In this document: positions 1 through 11,818 of the stretch, piece by piece
Position numbering within the stretch: position 1 is the stretch's first letter
Layout of the letters: every line of letters starts with the position of its first letter
Origin: Octopus bimaculoides
Taxonomy: Eukaryota
DNA: 63,973 nucleotides
Reading direction: 5' to 3'
NCBI RefSeq assembly: GCF_001194135.2
Contig: NC_068981.1
Coordinates: forward strand, 16,461,245 to 16,525,217
Program-made: the position numbers and the translations under genes
Notes under the pieces: generated by a model
The model's input: the letters and a program-made list of their open reading frames with translations, nothing else
Told to the model about the DNA's origin: nothing
The model's database searches: none

Positions 1-127
1 TATATATATATACTCACACACATATCCATATTCTTTTAAACATGGCTCTGTATTAACTGAGTTTTAACTTTGAAATTTTATGTTCTGTGGTGTTAATTTT
101 GTTGGACAACACCTGCTTGCTTTACAG

Positions 128-207
128 ATTCCCTTTATGAAGAATCTTCAAACGTAGACCATGCAAATAACCAATTTCTGGCCAGTGCTGGAACAGCAAC
201 ACCGCAG
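128..207 (+). CDS. Candidate internal exon (xDSLYEESSNVDHANNQFLASAGTATPQ), possible GC donor
   Basis: Acceptor ttgctttacag at 117-127; only the phase-1 frame is open; ends CAG|gcaaga, resembling the GC-AG donor consensus. No homology recognised. Confidence 0.33.
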
Positions 208-360
208 GCAAGAGAATCTAGTCTGGTTTTGTGGAGATTTGATGTTTCATCACACAGTGACAGGTGTTGGCCAACAAAATTAACACGGAAAATGCAATTT
301 CAAAACGGAAACATAACTATTGAACATCCGTTTTCAAATGTTTCACAAGACGTGTGGAAG

Positions 361-373
361 TGTGTCTGCGTGC

Positions 374-439
<66 letters not shown>

Positions 440-460
440 GTGTGTGTATGTACGTGCGTG
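361..460. repeat. (GT)n microsatellite
   Basis: Direct reading. Confidence 0.95.
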
Positions 461-770
461 TCTAACATGAGAAATTAATCTCGATTCTTTTGAGTGGGCG
501 TCTGCCAAAAACAAATTCAGCCTCCACCAACAGATATTCATTGTAACCTACAGATACATATTAACAACATACACACACATACACACACACACACACGCAC
601 GCACACCTCGCACTCCACACACAAGCACAAGTCAACCTAAACATAGATGCACACTCACATTTGATCGTATGATCGTGTAAAGGTACACCATAAAAATTAC
701 CCTAAATCATTTCAGCCGCTCTTTGTCATGTCTTTCTGTTTCGCTACACCTCCGTGTATTCAATTCTCAG

Positions 771-789
771 TCGAATATATATCATACAG
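771..789 (+). CDS. Candidate 19-nt micro-exon (SNIYHT+G)
   Basis: Long pyrimidine tract ending ttctcag at 770; donor CAG|gtatgt at 790; phase 0->1 bridges candidates 128-207 and 9263-9297. Confidence 0.33.
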
Positions 790-846
790 GTATGTGGGAA
801 ATAGAGTAAATTATCGTATACTTAATATACATCATACACACTCGTT

Positions 847-969
847 TCTCTCTCTCTCTCTCTCTATTTCTCTCTCTCCCTTTCTTTGTTTCTCTCTCTC
901 TCTCTTTCTCTCTCTCTCTTTCTTCTCTCTCTCCCTTTCTCTGTTTCTCTCTCTCTCTTTCTGTATACA

Positions 970-1002
<33 letters not shown>
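847..1002. repeat. (CT)n/(AT)n compound microsatellite running into an assembly gap
   Basis: Direct reading. Confidence 0.95.
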
Positions 1003-1261
1003 NNNNNNNNNNNNNNNNNNNNNNNNNNNNNNNNNNNNNNNNNNNNNNNNNNNNNNNNNNNNNNNNNNNNNNNNNNNNNNNNNNNNNNNNNNNNNNNNNN
1101 NNNNNNNNNNNNNNNNNNNNNNNNNNNNNNNNNNNNNNNNNNNNNNNNNNNNNNNNNNNNNNNNNNNNNNNNNNNNNNNNNNNNNNNNNNNNNNNNNNNN
1201 NNNNNNNNNNNNNNATAAGTAGACAAATATTTAAATTATTGAATATATATATATAAAACAA

Positions 1262-1340
1262 ATAGATATATTAGTATAACGCTCGGGAATTGAAAAAGTC
1301 TTTAACGTTTCGAGCCTACACTCTTCCGCAGAAGGGAAAG
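1262..1340 (-). mobile_element. PLE-type terminal repeat fragment with degenerate hammerhead motif
   Basis: Minus strand reads CTGCGGA-A-GAG-tgtagg-CTC-GAAACGTT, a hammerhead layout with core A6 mutated to C. Confidence 0.45.
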
Positions 1341-2047
1341 AAGGTGTGTAGCGTGCGATCATCGCATTGGCCATCACAAAGAAAGTTGAGTAGAGAATCT
1401 ACATCAAATTTTGCCAAAAGCCTGCTCAGCGCCCTACCCAAAGTTTTCAAACAGTTTTCATCTTTCTCGATACAATCAAGGAGATCTTGTGCAACTGAAA
1501 CCCGAGTGTCTTTTTGGTCATCTGAAAGCAGTTTTGGTATAAACGTGAATGACACGCATCTCATACCAAAATCTTCAGAGATAATGGACTGAACTGACCT
1601 GTAACTAATCTACACAACATCTGATAACTCACGGATGTTCATTTGACGAATTCCCTTCATATCTGCGATATTTTTCTCAGTTCTGATGGTTTCGGATCTC
1701 CCAGAACATTCGTTAATATCGACATTTTTCGGCCATCTTGGAAGCATCTGACCCATTCGTACACTTCTGTGCGATTTACACACTCTTCTCCTGAGACTTT
1801 CTGTAACCTTGCGTAGGCTTCTGTGCGGGTATCGCTATGACAACTTTCTCTGTGATGGTCAATGCGACGATCACACGCTACACACCTTCCTTTCAAGCAC
1901 TGCTGTAAACAGCGGAAGTGAACTAGAACGTTGAATCTTAGTGAGCATACACAACTGAGTTCAAGGTGAATCGTTGCCAAGTAGCTTCACTCTGTGCTTT
2001 AGTTTCGTTACTATGTCAACAGTCCGGATACTTATTGATCAAACCTT
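1337..2047 (-). mobile_element. Mariner-family DNA transposon remnant (N-terminal transposase, long terminal inverted repeat)
   Basis: Minus-strand frames give DTRTEAYARLQKVSGEECVNRTEVYEWVRCFQDGR (HTH) and FIPKLLSDDQKDTRVSVAQDLLDCIEKDENCLKTL, typical of mariner transposases. Terminus TACAAGGTTTGATCAATAAGTATCCGGAC at about 2047-2020. 1340-1389 is the reverse complement of 1841-1889. Confidence 0.9.
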
Positions 2048-2811
2048 GTATATATGTATTATGTATGTGTGTGTTTTTGTGTGTGTGTTGTGTGTGTGTA
2101 TGTATGCATGTTTCTATGTATATGTATGTATTCGATTTGTTTGCATTTAAGCTTCAATTGGTAAGTCTAGTATTGAATGAAAGAGAACGAGAGAAGGTGA
2201 CTTGTATGAAGCTGCAATAACTGAACATATGCCTCAGTAAAATACTATTTCGTACTGAATTTAGCTGTAATAAAGTCATAGAAATCTAGACTTATGGAGC
2301 TTTCCTGTCAAGTGTTTTCGGCTTCCGCAGCTATATGAAAATGCATTATTGTAAAATATACTTTACTCCACTTAAAATAAAGCTTTTATGTTTAGTTTAA
2401 GAGAGGAAAATGTATGTGGTTTAAAGGCAGATATATTGAAAAGTATTTTACCTGAATGTAAATGGCAAGGGAAATCATACTCTGAACATTGGTAGTGTTT
2501 TGAACTTGCTCGTAATATAATAGTAAAACGATATTTTATGTTTTCTGAAGGTGAGGTTGAAACGAAAACAAGAGTAAATTCTCAGTAGGAACGTCTGAGA
2601 ATTGCTCGAAATTCTGGAGAGGATTTCTTAAAGCTAACAAGAAATTCACTATGTCTGCAGCTGTCAAGAATCCTTGAACCAGTGGATCATTCTTTTCACC
2701 AGCCGGAGTCCAAAAGGACCATTTGGGGTCTATATAAACTTTAGCTGTTAAAATTAATGTGCAATAAATTGGTTATATTTATACAATGCACAAAATAGTT
2801 TCTAATACAAT

Positions 2812-3050
2812 TACTCTTTTACTCTTCTACTTGTTTCAGTCATTTGAGTGCGGCCATACTGGAGCACCGCCTTTAGTCAAGCAAATCGACCCCAGGACTT
2901 ATTCTTTGTAAGCCTAGTACTTATTGTATCGGTCTCTTTTGCCGAACCGCTAGGTGACAGGGACGTAATAACACCAGCATCGGTTGTCAAGCGATGTTGG
3001 GGAGACAAACACAGACACACAAACATATACACACACACACATACACGTCG

Positions 3051-3112
<62 letters not shown>

Positions 3113-3275
3113 CGACGTGCTTTTTTCAGTTTCCGTCTACCAAATCCACTCACAAGGCTTTCGTTGCCCCGAGGCTATAGTAGAAGACGCTTGCCTAAGG
3201 TGCTACGCAGTGGGACTGAACCCAGAACCATGTGGTTGGTAAGCAAGCTACTTACCACACAGCCACTCCTGCGCC
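2812..3275 (-). mobile_element. tRNA-derived SINE family 1, full composite copy (head - microsatellite - tail)
   Basis: A-box-like TGGCTGTGTGG and B-box-like GGTTCAGTCCC in the head; internal (AT)n/(GT)n; tail ending (AAAGAGT)n; near-identical to 55902-56345. Confidence 0.92.
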
Positions 3276-4780
3276 AATTCCTAATAATATTATACTATAA
3301 ACATATGATGGGATTTTTTTAAAAGAGTGAATGTATTTGAGGATCTACTCGTGTAAAATATTATTCGAAGATGTCCAAAAGGAAAAAAATGGTTGAGAAC
3401 TACAGCTCTACACAAATATACAGCACCCAAATATTCTGCTATAAGGCAGTCTATCATAAATCATCGTTATTAGAACCAAGTTAATCAGTATTCTAGCACG
3501 TGAGAAAAAACTCAGTGGTGATGTCTCAACATATGCGCGGAAAATATATCAAAACTCTTGTTTCCGGAAACAAGACGAAACATTCAAAAACTTCTTTCAC
3601 TGAACAATTTTTAATGAAGCATTGTTAAACAGGCATATCCGGTCCTCATTAGAACCGAGACAGCATATTACTGGAATGCTACGTGAGAAAACAAAGCAAC
3701 CTCACCAGAGAATAGAAATAAAAATTTGATTGTAAATAAATAATTAAATAAATAAATATAAATTTAAACACAAATGTTCTAACAACCAAAATTACACACA
3801 AATACGTACCTGCGTTTATTGATTGTTTAGTCGACCACGTATGAACATATTAAATAAACACATTAAATGCCTACAAGAGACATTGTCACATACACCTGAC
3901 TTTTGATAATCAAACAGCCAGTGAATAATAACGAAAATAATAACAATAACAATAGCAATGATAACAACAACAATAATATAAGTAAAATGTAATACAGAAT
4001 TATATGACCAAGAGAAAGATTTTAATCAAATAAATGGAAATTTTATTGGCATACCCACCACTTTTATTTTATTGGAACTTATTTGTTTATTTACATTGAT
4101 CGCTTACGTACGTATATATATATATTTTCTAATTTATACGACTGCCACCTCACGTGTAGGCGTTTAATAAACACTTCATTGAACAAGAGATTCGAAATTT
4201 TGAGAAAAATATAAAACCAAGCGGAATAGCAGTAGATTGAACAGGAAACTTCGGGAAAAAGCAGACTTCACACGTACAAGTGGTTAAACTTGAATTTAAT
4301 AAAATTAATGGAGTAGAGGAGAATTATTGTGCTTTGTTTATAAAAACGAAAAATAAAATCAAGAGCCATCATATAAATTGAGATTTCTGGGCGAATATGT
4401 CCTTTGACATCATTCTTCTCTTGGGAGACATGAAAATCAAAAAGAGAGAGGGGTGGGGGTTTACTATTTCAGAAGCTAACATGCTATCATCGCCACAAGC
4501 TGATGAAAGCAACACTCTCAAGTCATAAACGTATCGAGAGCCTTTTGAGGAGATGGAAAGACTATACTATGCACACAGCATTAAAGAGACTCATTCACAG
4601 GTTTTGAAATTTACCGCAGTGAAGTTCTACCGCAGTAAGGCGTTAGAATATGCATACACACACGCACCCATGCGTGGACACACGTGCGCACGCGTACGCA
4701 CATATATATACCTGCATAAATCTCATTCTTACTGCCAACCTCCAACCTCTTTCTTTCTTTCTTTCTTTCTATATCTCTCC

Positions 4781-4848
<68 letters not shown>

Positions 4849-5333
4849 NNNNNNNNNNNNNNNNNNNNNNNNNNNNNNNNNNNNNNNNNNNNNNNNNNNN
4901 NNNNNNNNNNNNNNNNNNNNNNNNNNNNNNNNNNNNNNNNNNNNNNNNNNNNNNNNNNNNNNNNNNNNNNNNNNNNNNNNNNNNNNNNNNNNNNNNNNNN
5001 NNNNNNNNNNNNNNNNNNNNNNNNNNNNNNNNNNNNNNNNNNNNNNNNNNNNNNNNNNNNNNNNNNNNNNNNNNNNNNNNNNNNNNNNNNNNNNNNNNNN
5101 NNNNNNNNNNNNNNNNNNNNNNNNNNNNNNNNNNNNNNNNNNNNNNNNNNNNNNNNNNNNNNNNNNNNNNNNNNNNNNNNNNNNNNNNNNNNNNNNNNNN
5201 NNNNNNNNNNNNNNNNNNNNNNNNNNNNNNNNNNNNNNNNNNNNNNNNNNNNNNNNNNNNNNNNNNNNNNNNNNNNNNNNNNNNNNNNNNNNNNNNNNNN
5301 NNNNNNNNNNNNNNNNNNNNNNNNNTATATATA

Positions 5334-5499
5334 TGACGAGCTTCTTTCAGTTTCCGTCAACCAGATCGACTCACGAGGTTTTGGTCGGACTCAAGATATA
5401 TAGCAGAAGACACTTGCCCAAGATACTGCGCAGTGGGAGTGAACCCGGAACCATGTGGATGGTAAGCAAGCTACTTACCACAGAGCTACTCCTGCGCCT
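5334..5499 (-). mobile_element. SINE family 1, head only (adjacent to gap)
   Basis: Aligns by eye to 3110-3275. Confidence 0.88.
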
Positions 5500-6001
5500 A
5501 TGTGTATGCATGTATGTGTATATATATATATGAGTACATGTGTGTGTGTGCGTGCGTGCGTGCGTGCGTGCGCGTGTATGTAAGTATGTCAATATATGTG
5601 TACGCGCGTGTAGATGCATGTATACATATGCATCTGCACGCATCTAGGTCTATATTCGTAACCTCGATTGTGATTTTGTTGCTTGTGCACATGCATATGA
5701 AAGAGAGAGAGAGAGGAGGCGAGGAGTGAGAGAAGAAGAGAATGGAGAGAAGGTATAAAGAGGAAGAAAGAGAGAGAAATGAAAAGCGAAGGTAGCGCCA
5801 TATCAAAATGGCGACAGGCCACCAGCTATAGAACCAGTAAAAGAAGTTTATTTGTGGAATATTATTGTCCAATTATTTTCATCGCCTACTTTTGAATATT
5901 GTTGATTATTTTATAGGATGGAGAGTGTTATCGGTAGTAGAGATATGTCAATAGAAATGAATGCTTGCAGTAATTATTTTTAATGAGAGTGTAAAATGGA
6001 C

Positions 6002-6042
<41 letters not shown>

Positions 6043-6119
6043 TATGTGTGTGAGCTGTGCGTGTTATATATGTAATGTATGTATGTATGTATGTGTATGT
6101 ATGTGTACGTATGTGTGTG

Positions 6120-6157
<38 letters not shown>

Positions 6158-7100
6158 CATGTATATGTATATATATATACGCACATATATATACATATAC
6201 ATATATATGTATGTATATTATATCTATATGTATGTGTGTGTGCTTTATGTATTGTATCCACGTGTATGTATATATGTATATATACATATATATATACATA
6301 CATACATACACGCATACATGTATACATATGTATATATATATATATGTGTGTGTGTGTGTATACATATATATGTACGTATATTATATTTATATGTATGTGT
6401 GTGTGCTTGTATTTATTGTATCCATGTGTATGTATATATGCATATATACATATATATATATATATATATATNNNNNNNNNNNNNNNNNNNNNNNNNNNNN
6501 NNNNNNNNNNNNNNNNNNNNNNNNNNNNNNNNNNNNNNNNNNNNNNNNNNNNNNNNNNNNNNNNNNNNNNNNNNNNNNNNNNNNNNNNNNNNNNNNNNNN
6601 NNNNNNNNNNNNNNNNNNNNNNNNNNNNNNNNNNNNNNNNNNNNNNNNNNNNNNNNNNNNNNNNNNNNNNNNNNNNNNNNNNNNNNNNNNNNNNNNNNNN
6701 NNNNNNNNNNNNNNNNNNNNNNNNNNNNNNNNNNNNNNNNNNNNNNNNNNNNNNNNNNNNNNNNNNNNNNNNNNNNNNNNNNNNNNNNNNNNNNNNNNNN
6801 NNNNNNNNNNNNNNNNNNNNNNNNNNNNNNNNNNNNNNNNNNNNNNNNNNNNNNNNNNNNNNNNNNNNNNNNNNNNNNNNNNNNNNNNNNNNNNNNNNNN
6901 NNNNNNNNNNNNNNNNNNNNNNNNNNNNNNNNNNNNNNNNNNNNNNNNNNNNNNNNNNNNNNNNNNNNNNNNNNNNNNNNNNNNNNNNNNNNNNNNNNNN
7001 NNNNNNNNNNNNNNNNNNNNNNNNNNNNNNNNNNNNNNNNNNNNNNNNNNNNNNNNNNNNNNNNNNNNNNNNNNNNNNNNNNNNNNNNNNNNNNNNNNNN

Positions 7101-7150
<50 letters not shown>
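6002..7150. repeat. Compound (GT)n/(AT)n/(GTAT)n microsatellite field with internal gap
   Basis: Direct reading. Confidence 0.95.
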
Positions 7151-7154
<4 letters not shown>

Positions 7155-7164
7155 TGATAAGACA

Positions 7165-7975
7165 TGCGAGCTCTCATAATACATAAACAGTCCTCTTACC
7201 ACCCTATAGTCTTTAAAAGTTTGATAGCTAACATTAGTAATAGGATATCAAATTTATCGTCTTCTAAGCATATATTTGATAAAGCAGCCCCCTACTATAA
7301 CAATGCCCAAGCTAAAAGCGGCTTCAAAGATAAAATATATTACATCTCTTTATGTAAAAATGAGAATCGTAAAACTAGACTAAAAAATAGACCCAGGAAA
7401 ATAATTTGGTTCGCCCGCTTTCTTCCTTAATCATTGATAACAGAAAATACTTGACAGACACTCAATAGAAATATAAGCTGCTTCCCCAATATGAAGAACA
7501 TTATAACTCGTAGAATTCATCAAGAGACCACTCCCAATTGTAACTGTCGAGATCATGAAGCTTGCCCATTTGACTAGGCGTGTACGATAAACTTCGTCAT
7601 ATATGAGGCTGAAGTTACAGCCACGCTGCAAGACAAATCAACTGAAAAGAGGAATTACATCGTGTAATGTGAGGAAAAATTCAAGTGACGTTATGCAGAC
7701 CACCAATCTTCTTTCCGTTACATCGATAAAAGTAATGCAACTAAACTGGCTAGCCACGTATGAAATCTGAAATGCAGCTCCACACCTCATACAATTAAGT
7801 AGAGAATGGTGGAGAAATCCATGCCAAATATTAGTGGATCTAAGAAATGCAACTCATGGGTAAGAGAATTATCGCGTATTTTCTCCGATCCAGTAATTGC
7901 AACACACTACTTGCTTCTGAAATTTTTAACAAGTGTAGACACATGAATAGGTTTCTTTCATTGAAGTGGAGGATT
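7165..7975 (+). pseudogene. Penelope-like element remnant: RT C-terminus, Cys-rich linker, GIY-YIG endonuclease (frameshifted, many stops)
   Basis: IHKQSSYHP..ISNRISNLSSSKHIFDKAAPYYNNAQAKSGF, RKIIWF, CFPNMKNII, NCNCRDHEACP, VIYEAEVT, RYADHQSSFR, NATKLASHV, KCRHMNRFL appear in the order expected for a PLE ORF. Confidence 0.88.
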
Positions 7976-8774
7976 GAGTTGTGTCTCGCAGACTTTGACA
8001 TATTTTCTGTTATTTTGTTTTTAACCAGTTGTATTTAATGCGATTTTTGCAATCAGGGAGAACGAGGATCTTAGTTCTTGATTTCGTTTCTGTTTTTTCG
8101 TTCCGTTTTTACACCCACCAAATTTCTTCACATCCTTTCCACGTTTATTATTTTCTTACTGTCCAGCGTACTTGTTCTTAAAAAATATACATAGCTACTG
8201 CTCCTGATATTTTTCTTTATATATACAGTTTTACAATAGTATATTAATTGTTCTGTTGGTGATGATTCAATTTTCTTTTACAGTTAAATATTGTTCTCGG
8301 GCCAACCGATTCTAAATTTTGTTATCGTTGGTTTTTGTTGGATTAAGAAATAGTGGCCAAGTGGCTCAGAATTCATGCAACGTTTCCGGCTTTTCGCACC
8401 TTCTTTTACCTCGTGCCTAGTGCAGGCTCTGATTATACTGCATTGCACTGATGCTAGTGAATGGTAGTGTTGCTTATGATATGCTACTATGTATAGATTT
8501 TTATTCTAAGTTGCTCAATAATTTGATAGTATACTTGTATTTGTGTGTATTAAAGTATAGAATAGTAATATCTTGTCTTGGCTTTGCCCTGGGTCTTCAA
8601 CTCCTGATTGAATACTAGATTGAATCCTATCACGGTGTTGTGATATAACAGGGAACTTTAGACGTAGCAGGTCCATCCTTCTCTAAGCCTGACCACAGCT
8701 GAATTCATCTAAAGAGAGAGATAGTCAAAGTGAAGGACCGACTCTTGTACAGGACTGAGAGTTTATTTTAAAAA

Positions 8775-8894
8775 TCTGAACGGATGAAAGGCAGTGTTGA
8801 ACTCTGCAGTATTTGACCTCAGAATGCAGAAAACCGGAACGGATAACCCAATGCAATCTATTCGGTACGCTGACGTTTCATCTAATTCCCTGCC
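8775..8894 (-). mobile_element. SINE family 2, old diverged copy
   Basis: ggatgaaaggca...tttgacctcagaa...ctgacgttt resembles 20925-21025. Confidence 0.55.
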
Positions 8895-9262
8895 ATTTCG
8901 ATTTATGTAGCACCATACAGAGTAATGTGTAGGACTATATAAATCTATCAACTATAACACTATTATTCTGTTATTATTATTCTGTGCTGCGCTTACAGTA
9001 GTGAAGCACGACGTGATCCATAACAAAGTTTTCATGGCCACCATGATGACGTTTATGTCCTATTGTGTGGTATAATGTAACTAAAAGGTAAATTTATATT
9101 TTATGGTTCTTCTTTTCCTCAAATTTGGACCCTTTTTGAAAATTGCTGCATATCACTCGTCTATTGCAGCATATTGTACTACATAACACAAATGAAAATA
9201 TTGATGTACTACACACATTGTTGATAATCTGCTCGCTGTAGGTTATTGCATTTTTATCTCAG

Positions 9263-9297
9263 CTCCCTGTAATGGTTCGATAGATTCCTATATAAAC
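9263..9297 (+). CDS. Candidate short exon (xPCNGSIDSYIN)
   Basis: Acceptor tttttatctcag; donor AAC|gtaagt; only phase 1 is open and it ends in phase 0. Confidence 0.33.
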
Positions 9298-9393
9298 GTA
9301 AGTTATTAAGTTCTATTTAAGATATATTGGTAGAAGGACAGAGACAGAGAGAGATACATATATAGGTTAGAAGAATGGGAAACAATTAGGAGA

Positions 9394-9406
<13 letters not shown>

Positions 9407-9443
<37 letters not shown>

Positions 9444-9467
9444 TGATAGATAGATAGATAGATAGAT
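9407..9467. repeat. (AGAT)n microsatellite
   Basis: Direct reading. Confidence 0.95.
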
Positions 9468-10327
9468 GTATATGTATGTGTTTGTGAGTTTTTAAATATT
9501 TATTTATCTACTTACAATTTTTTCTTTTTTTTCTCCCCACTGCTTTTTGTGTCTAGTTACAATTTCAATCAGTAACAGTATGCATGTAGCGTTATACATA
9601 TGTGTGTGTATGTGTGCGTGCGTCTGTATATGTATGTATGTATTATGTATGTATGTATGCATGTATGCATGTATGTATGTATGTATGTATGTGTGTGTGT
9701 GTCTGTTTGTCTCTCTGTCTGTGTGTATCAATGTTTCGTGTACAATCATACAGAAAAATAAAAATAATCAACCAGCCCCTGAATTCTCACTACTGAATTC
9801 ATTTAAGTAGATTATCAAAAGAAGGTAGTATTTCAGAAAGAAAATTTTGAAAGGTACTAGGCCGAAACATCGAATTTACTGCCACTGCTCTTCTCTGGGA
9901 CGGTATTATAAATATAATCTCAAGAAAATATGTTAAATATGTTACCCCGGTCGTTTTTTGTGACCTTTCTTGATAAATTTAATGACGTCATCTCTTGCAA
10001 TTTCACGTATTCAAATCTGCTGCAAACATATTTTTTTGAAAATCACCAGCAGCCTGGTTGTATAAGAAAGAAAACCTGTAACCTTTAGTTACGTGGGAAA
10101 TAATTGATATAACAAAGAATGTGCAACGCAACCTACCGCAATAGTATTGTTTTTAAAACAACGAACACCAACAAAGAAAGCAGTGAAGAGTGAAACATTT
10201 GCTAAAGGACATGTATAGTGATCTTTTGAAGTGGAGGTGTGGATAGTATTAGCTGTGTTGGATCAGTGGAATGTATAATATCTATATTTCTTATTGTTCA
10301 TGCATTGTAATTTCCATCTCTTTTCAG

Positions 10328-10386
10328 AGCCAAATATCTTATCTGGATCAATGCATAGAGAAGATTTGTAAGAAGATTTATGAGAT
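10328..10386 (+). CDS. Candidate short exon (SQISYLDQCIEKICKKIYE+AT)
   Basis: Strong acceptor tttccatctcttttcag; donor AT|gtaagc; phase 0 open through 59 nt. An alternative donor at 10368 would allow a phase-1 reading (EPNILSGSMHREDL). Confidence 0.4.
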
Positions 10387-11407
10387 GTAAGCATTTACAC
10401 ACACAAAGACACATACATACACACACACACACAGCACACACAAACACAAACACACACACACAAACACGCACACACATGTATATATATTCACATCTATGAA
10501 GTTGTTTCTCGCTCTGTTTCTTTCTCTCTCACGCTCTCTTGCTCTCTGTATACACACACACACACACACACACATATATATNNNNNNNNNNNNNNNNNNN
10601 NNNNNNNNNNNNNNNNNNNNNNNNNNNNNNNNNNNNNNNNNNNNNNNNNNNNNNNNNNNNNNNNNNNNNNNNNNNNNNNNNNNNNNNNNNNNNNNNNNNN
10701 NNNNNNNNNNNNNNNNNNNNNNNNNNNNNNNNNNNNNNNNNNNNNNNNNNNNNNNNNNNNNNNNNNNNNNNNNNNNNNNNNNNNNNNNNNNNNNNNNNNN
10801 NNNNNNNNNNNNNNNNNNNNNNNNNNNNNNNNNNNNNNNNNNNNNNNNNNNNNNNATATATATATATATATGTATGTATGTATATGCATATACATATATC
10901 TATATGAAAATTTATACATTACCAAGAGAATCGTTTAAAATATAGCGCACTCTCTCTATGCTATAAACCGATATGTGCAGCAAGATGTATTTTTATATGC
11001 GTTTTGAGACACATACGAAAATAGCATACATTTACTCGCTAAATCTCCATGATTAGTAGCAGAATGTCTTTTATTTCTGATTTTGAGCTCATTTCACGCC
11101 ATATTAACTGGGCCCATCTGTTCCTTTCTAGCTGATAATATTATACAATTGGTTGTTATTTGCTCTGTGATCCGTAGGTAGATGCACTTTAACTTATTTG
11201 CCAAATACTCAATGAGTTACCTCAGAGTTATAATAATTCTTATAATTGGTTTCAATCTTTTTTTCTTTTTGCGTAATTTTGGAACATTAGGTATTATTGA
11301 TACCATTATTTTAAATTTTGTGCCCTTTCTAGAGTTTATCAACAGATACATAGATATGAGCAGGTGTTTTGATGTATATATCGAGATATTCATTTCCTTC
11401 TACCTTT

Positions 11408-11431
11408 ATCTATCTATCTATCTATCTATCA

Positions 11432-11466
<35 letters not shown>

Positions 11467-11598
11467 AATTATATGTGTCGAGTCATCTTTTTTTCTGTCT
11501 ACCCAGATACCTATCTTCCCTTTGTCTCCTTTTCTTCCTGTTCCTCTTTTACCTTCTCTCGTTATTTTTATATCTATCTACCTATCTATCTATCGATC

Positions 11599-11632
<34 letters not shown>

Positions 11633-11660
11633 TGTATGTATGTATGTATGTATGTAGAGA
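11408..11660. repeat. (TATC)n and (TATG)n microsatellites
   Basis: Direct reading. Confidence 0.93.
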
Positions 11661-11773
11661 GAGGGAGATTGACAGTAGATAGATAGTTTTGCATTCATTT
11701 ACTGGAAAAAGGCATATAATAATCTATTATATAATGTACTAATGTACCTCTCTCTCTCTCTCTCTCTCTGTAT

Positions 11774-11818
<45 letters not shown>

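Noticed and set aside
2152-2160. 9-nt micro-exon CTTCAATTG|gtaagt
   Set aside because: Too short to support without junction reads.
4553-7202. Long ORFs (up to 396 aa) in the supplied track here and at 728-1261, 10494-10945, 35495-35899, 39726-40632 and 53458-54197
   Set aside because: They run through N-gaps and dinucleotide microsatellites ([12 protein letters not shown]); they are artefacts.
9983-9990. Perfect CRE site TGACGTCA
   Set aside because: A single 8-mer is expected by chance in 64 kb; no promoter context.
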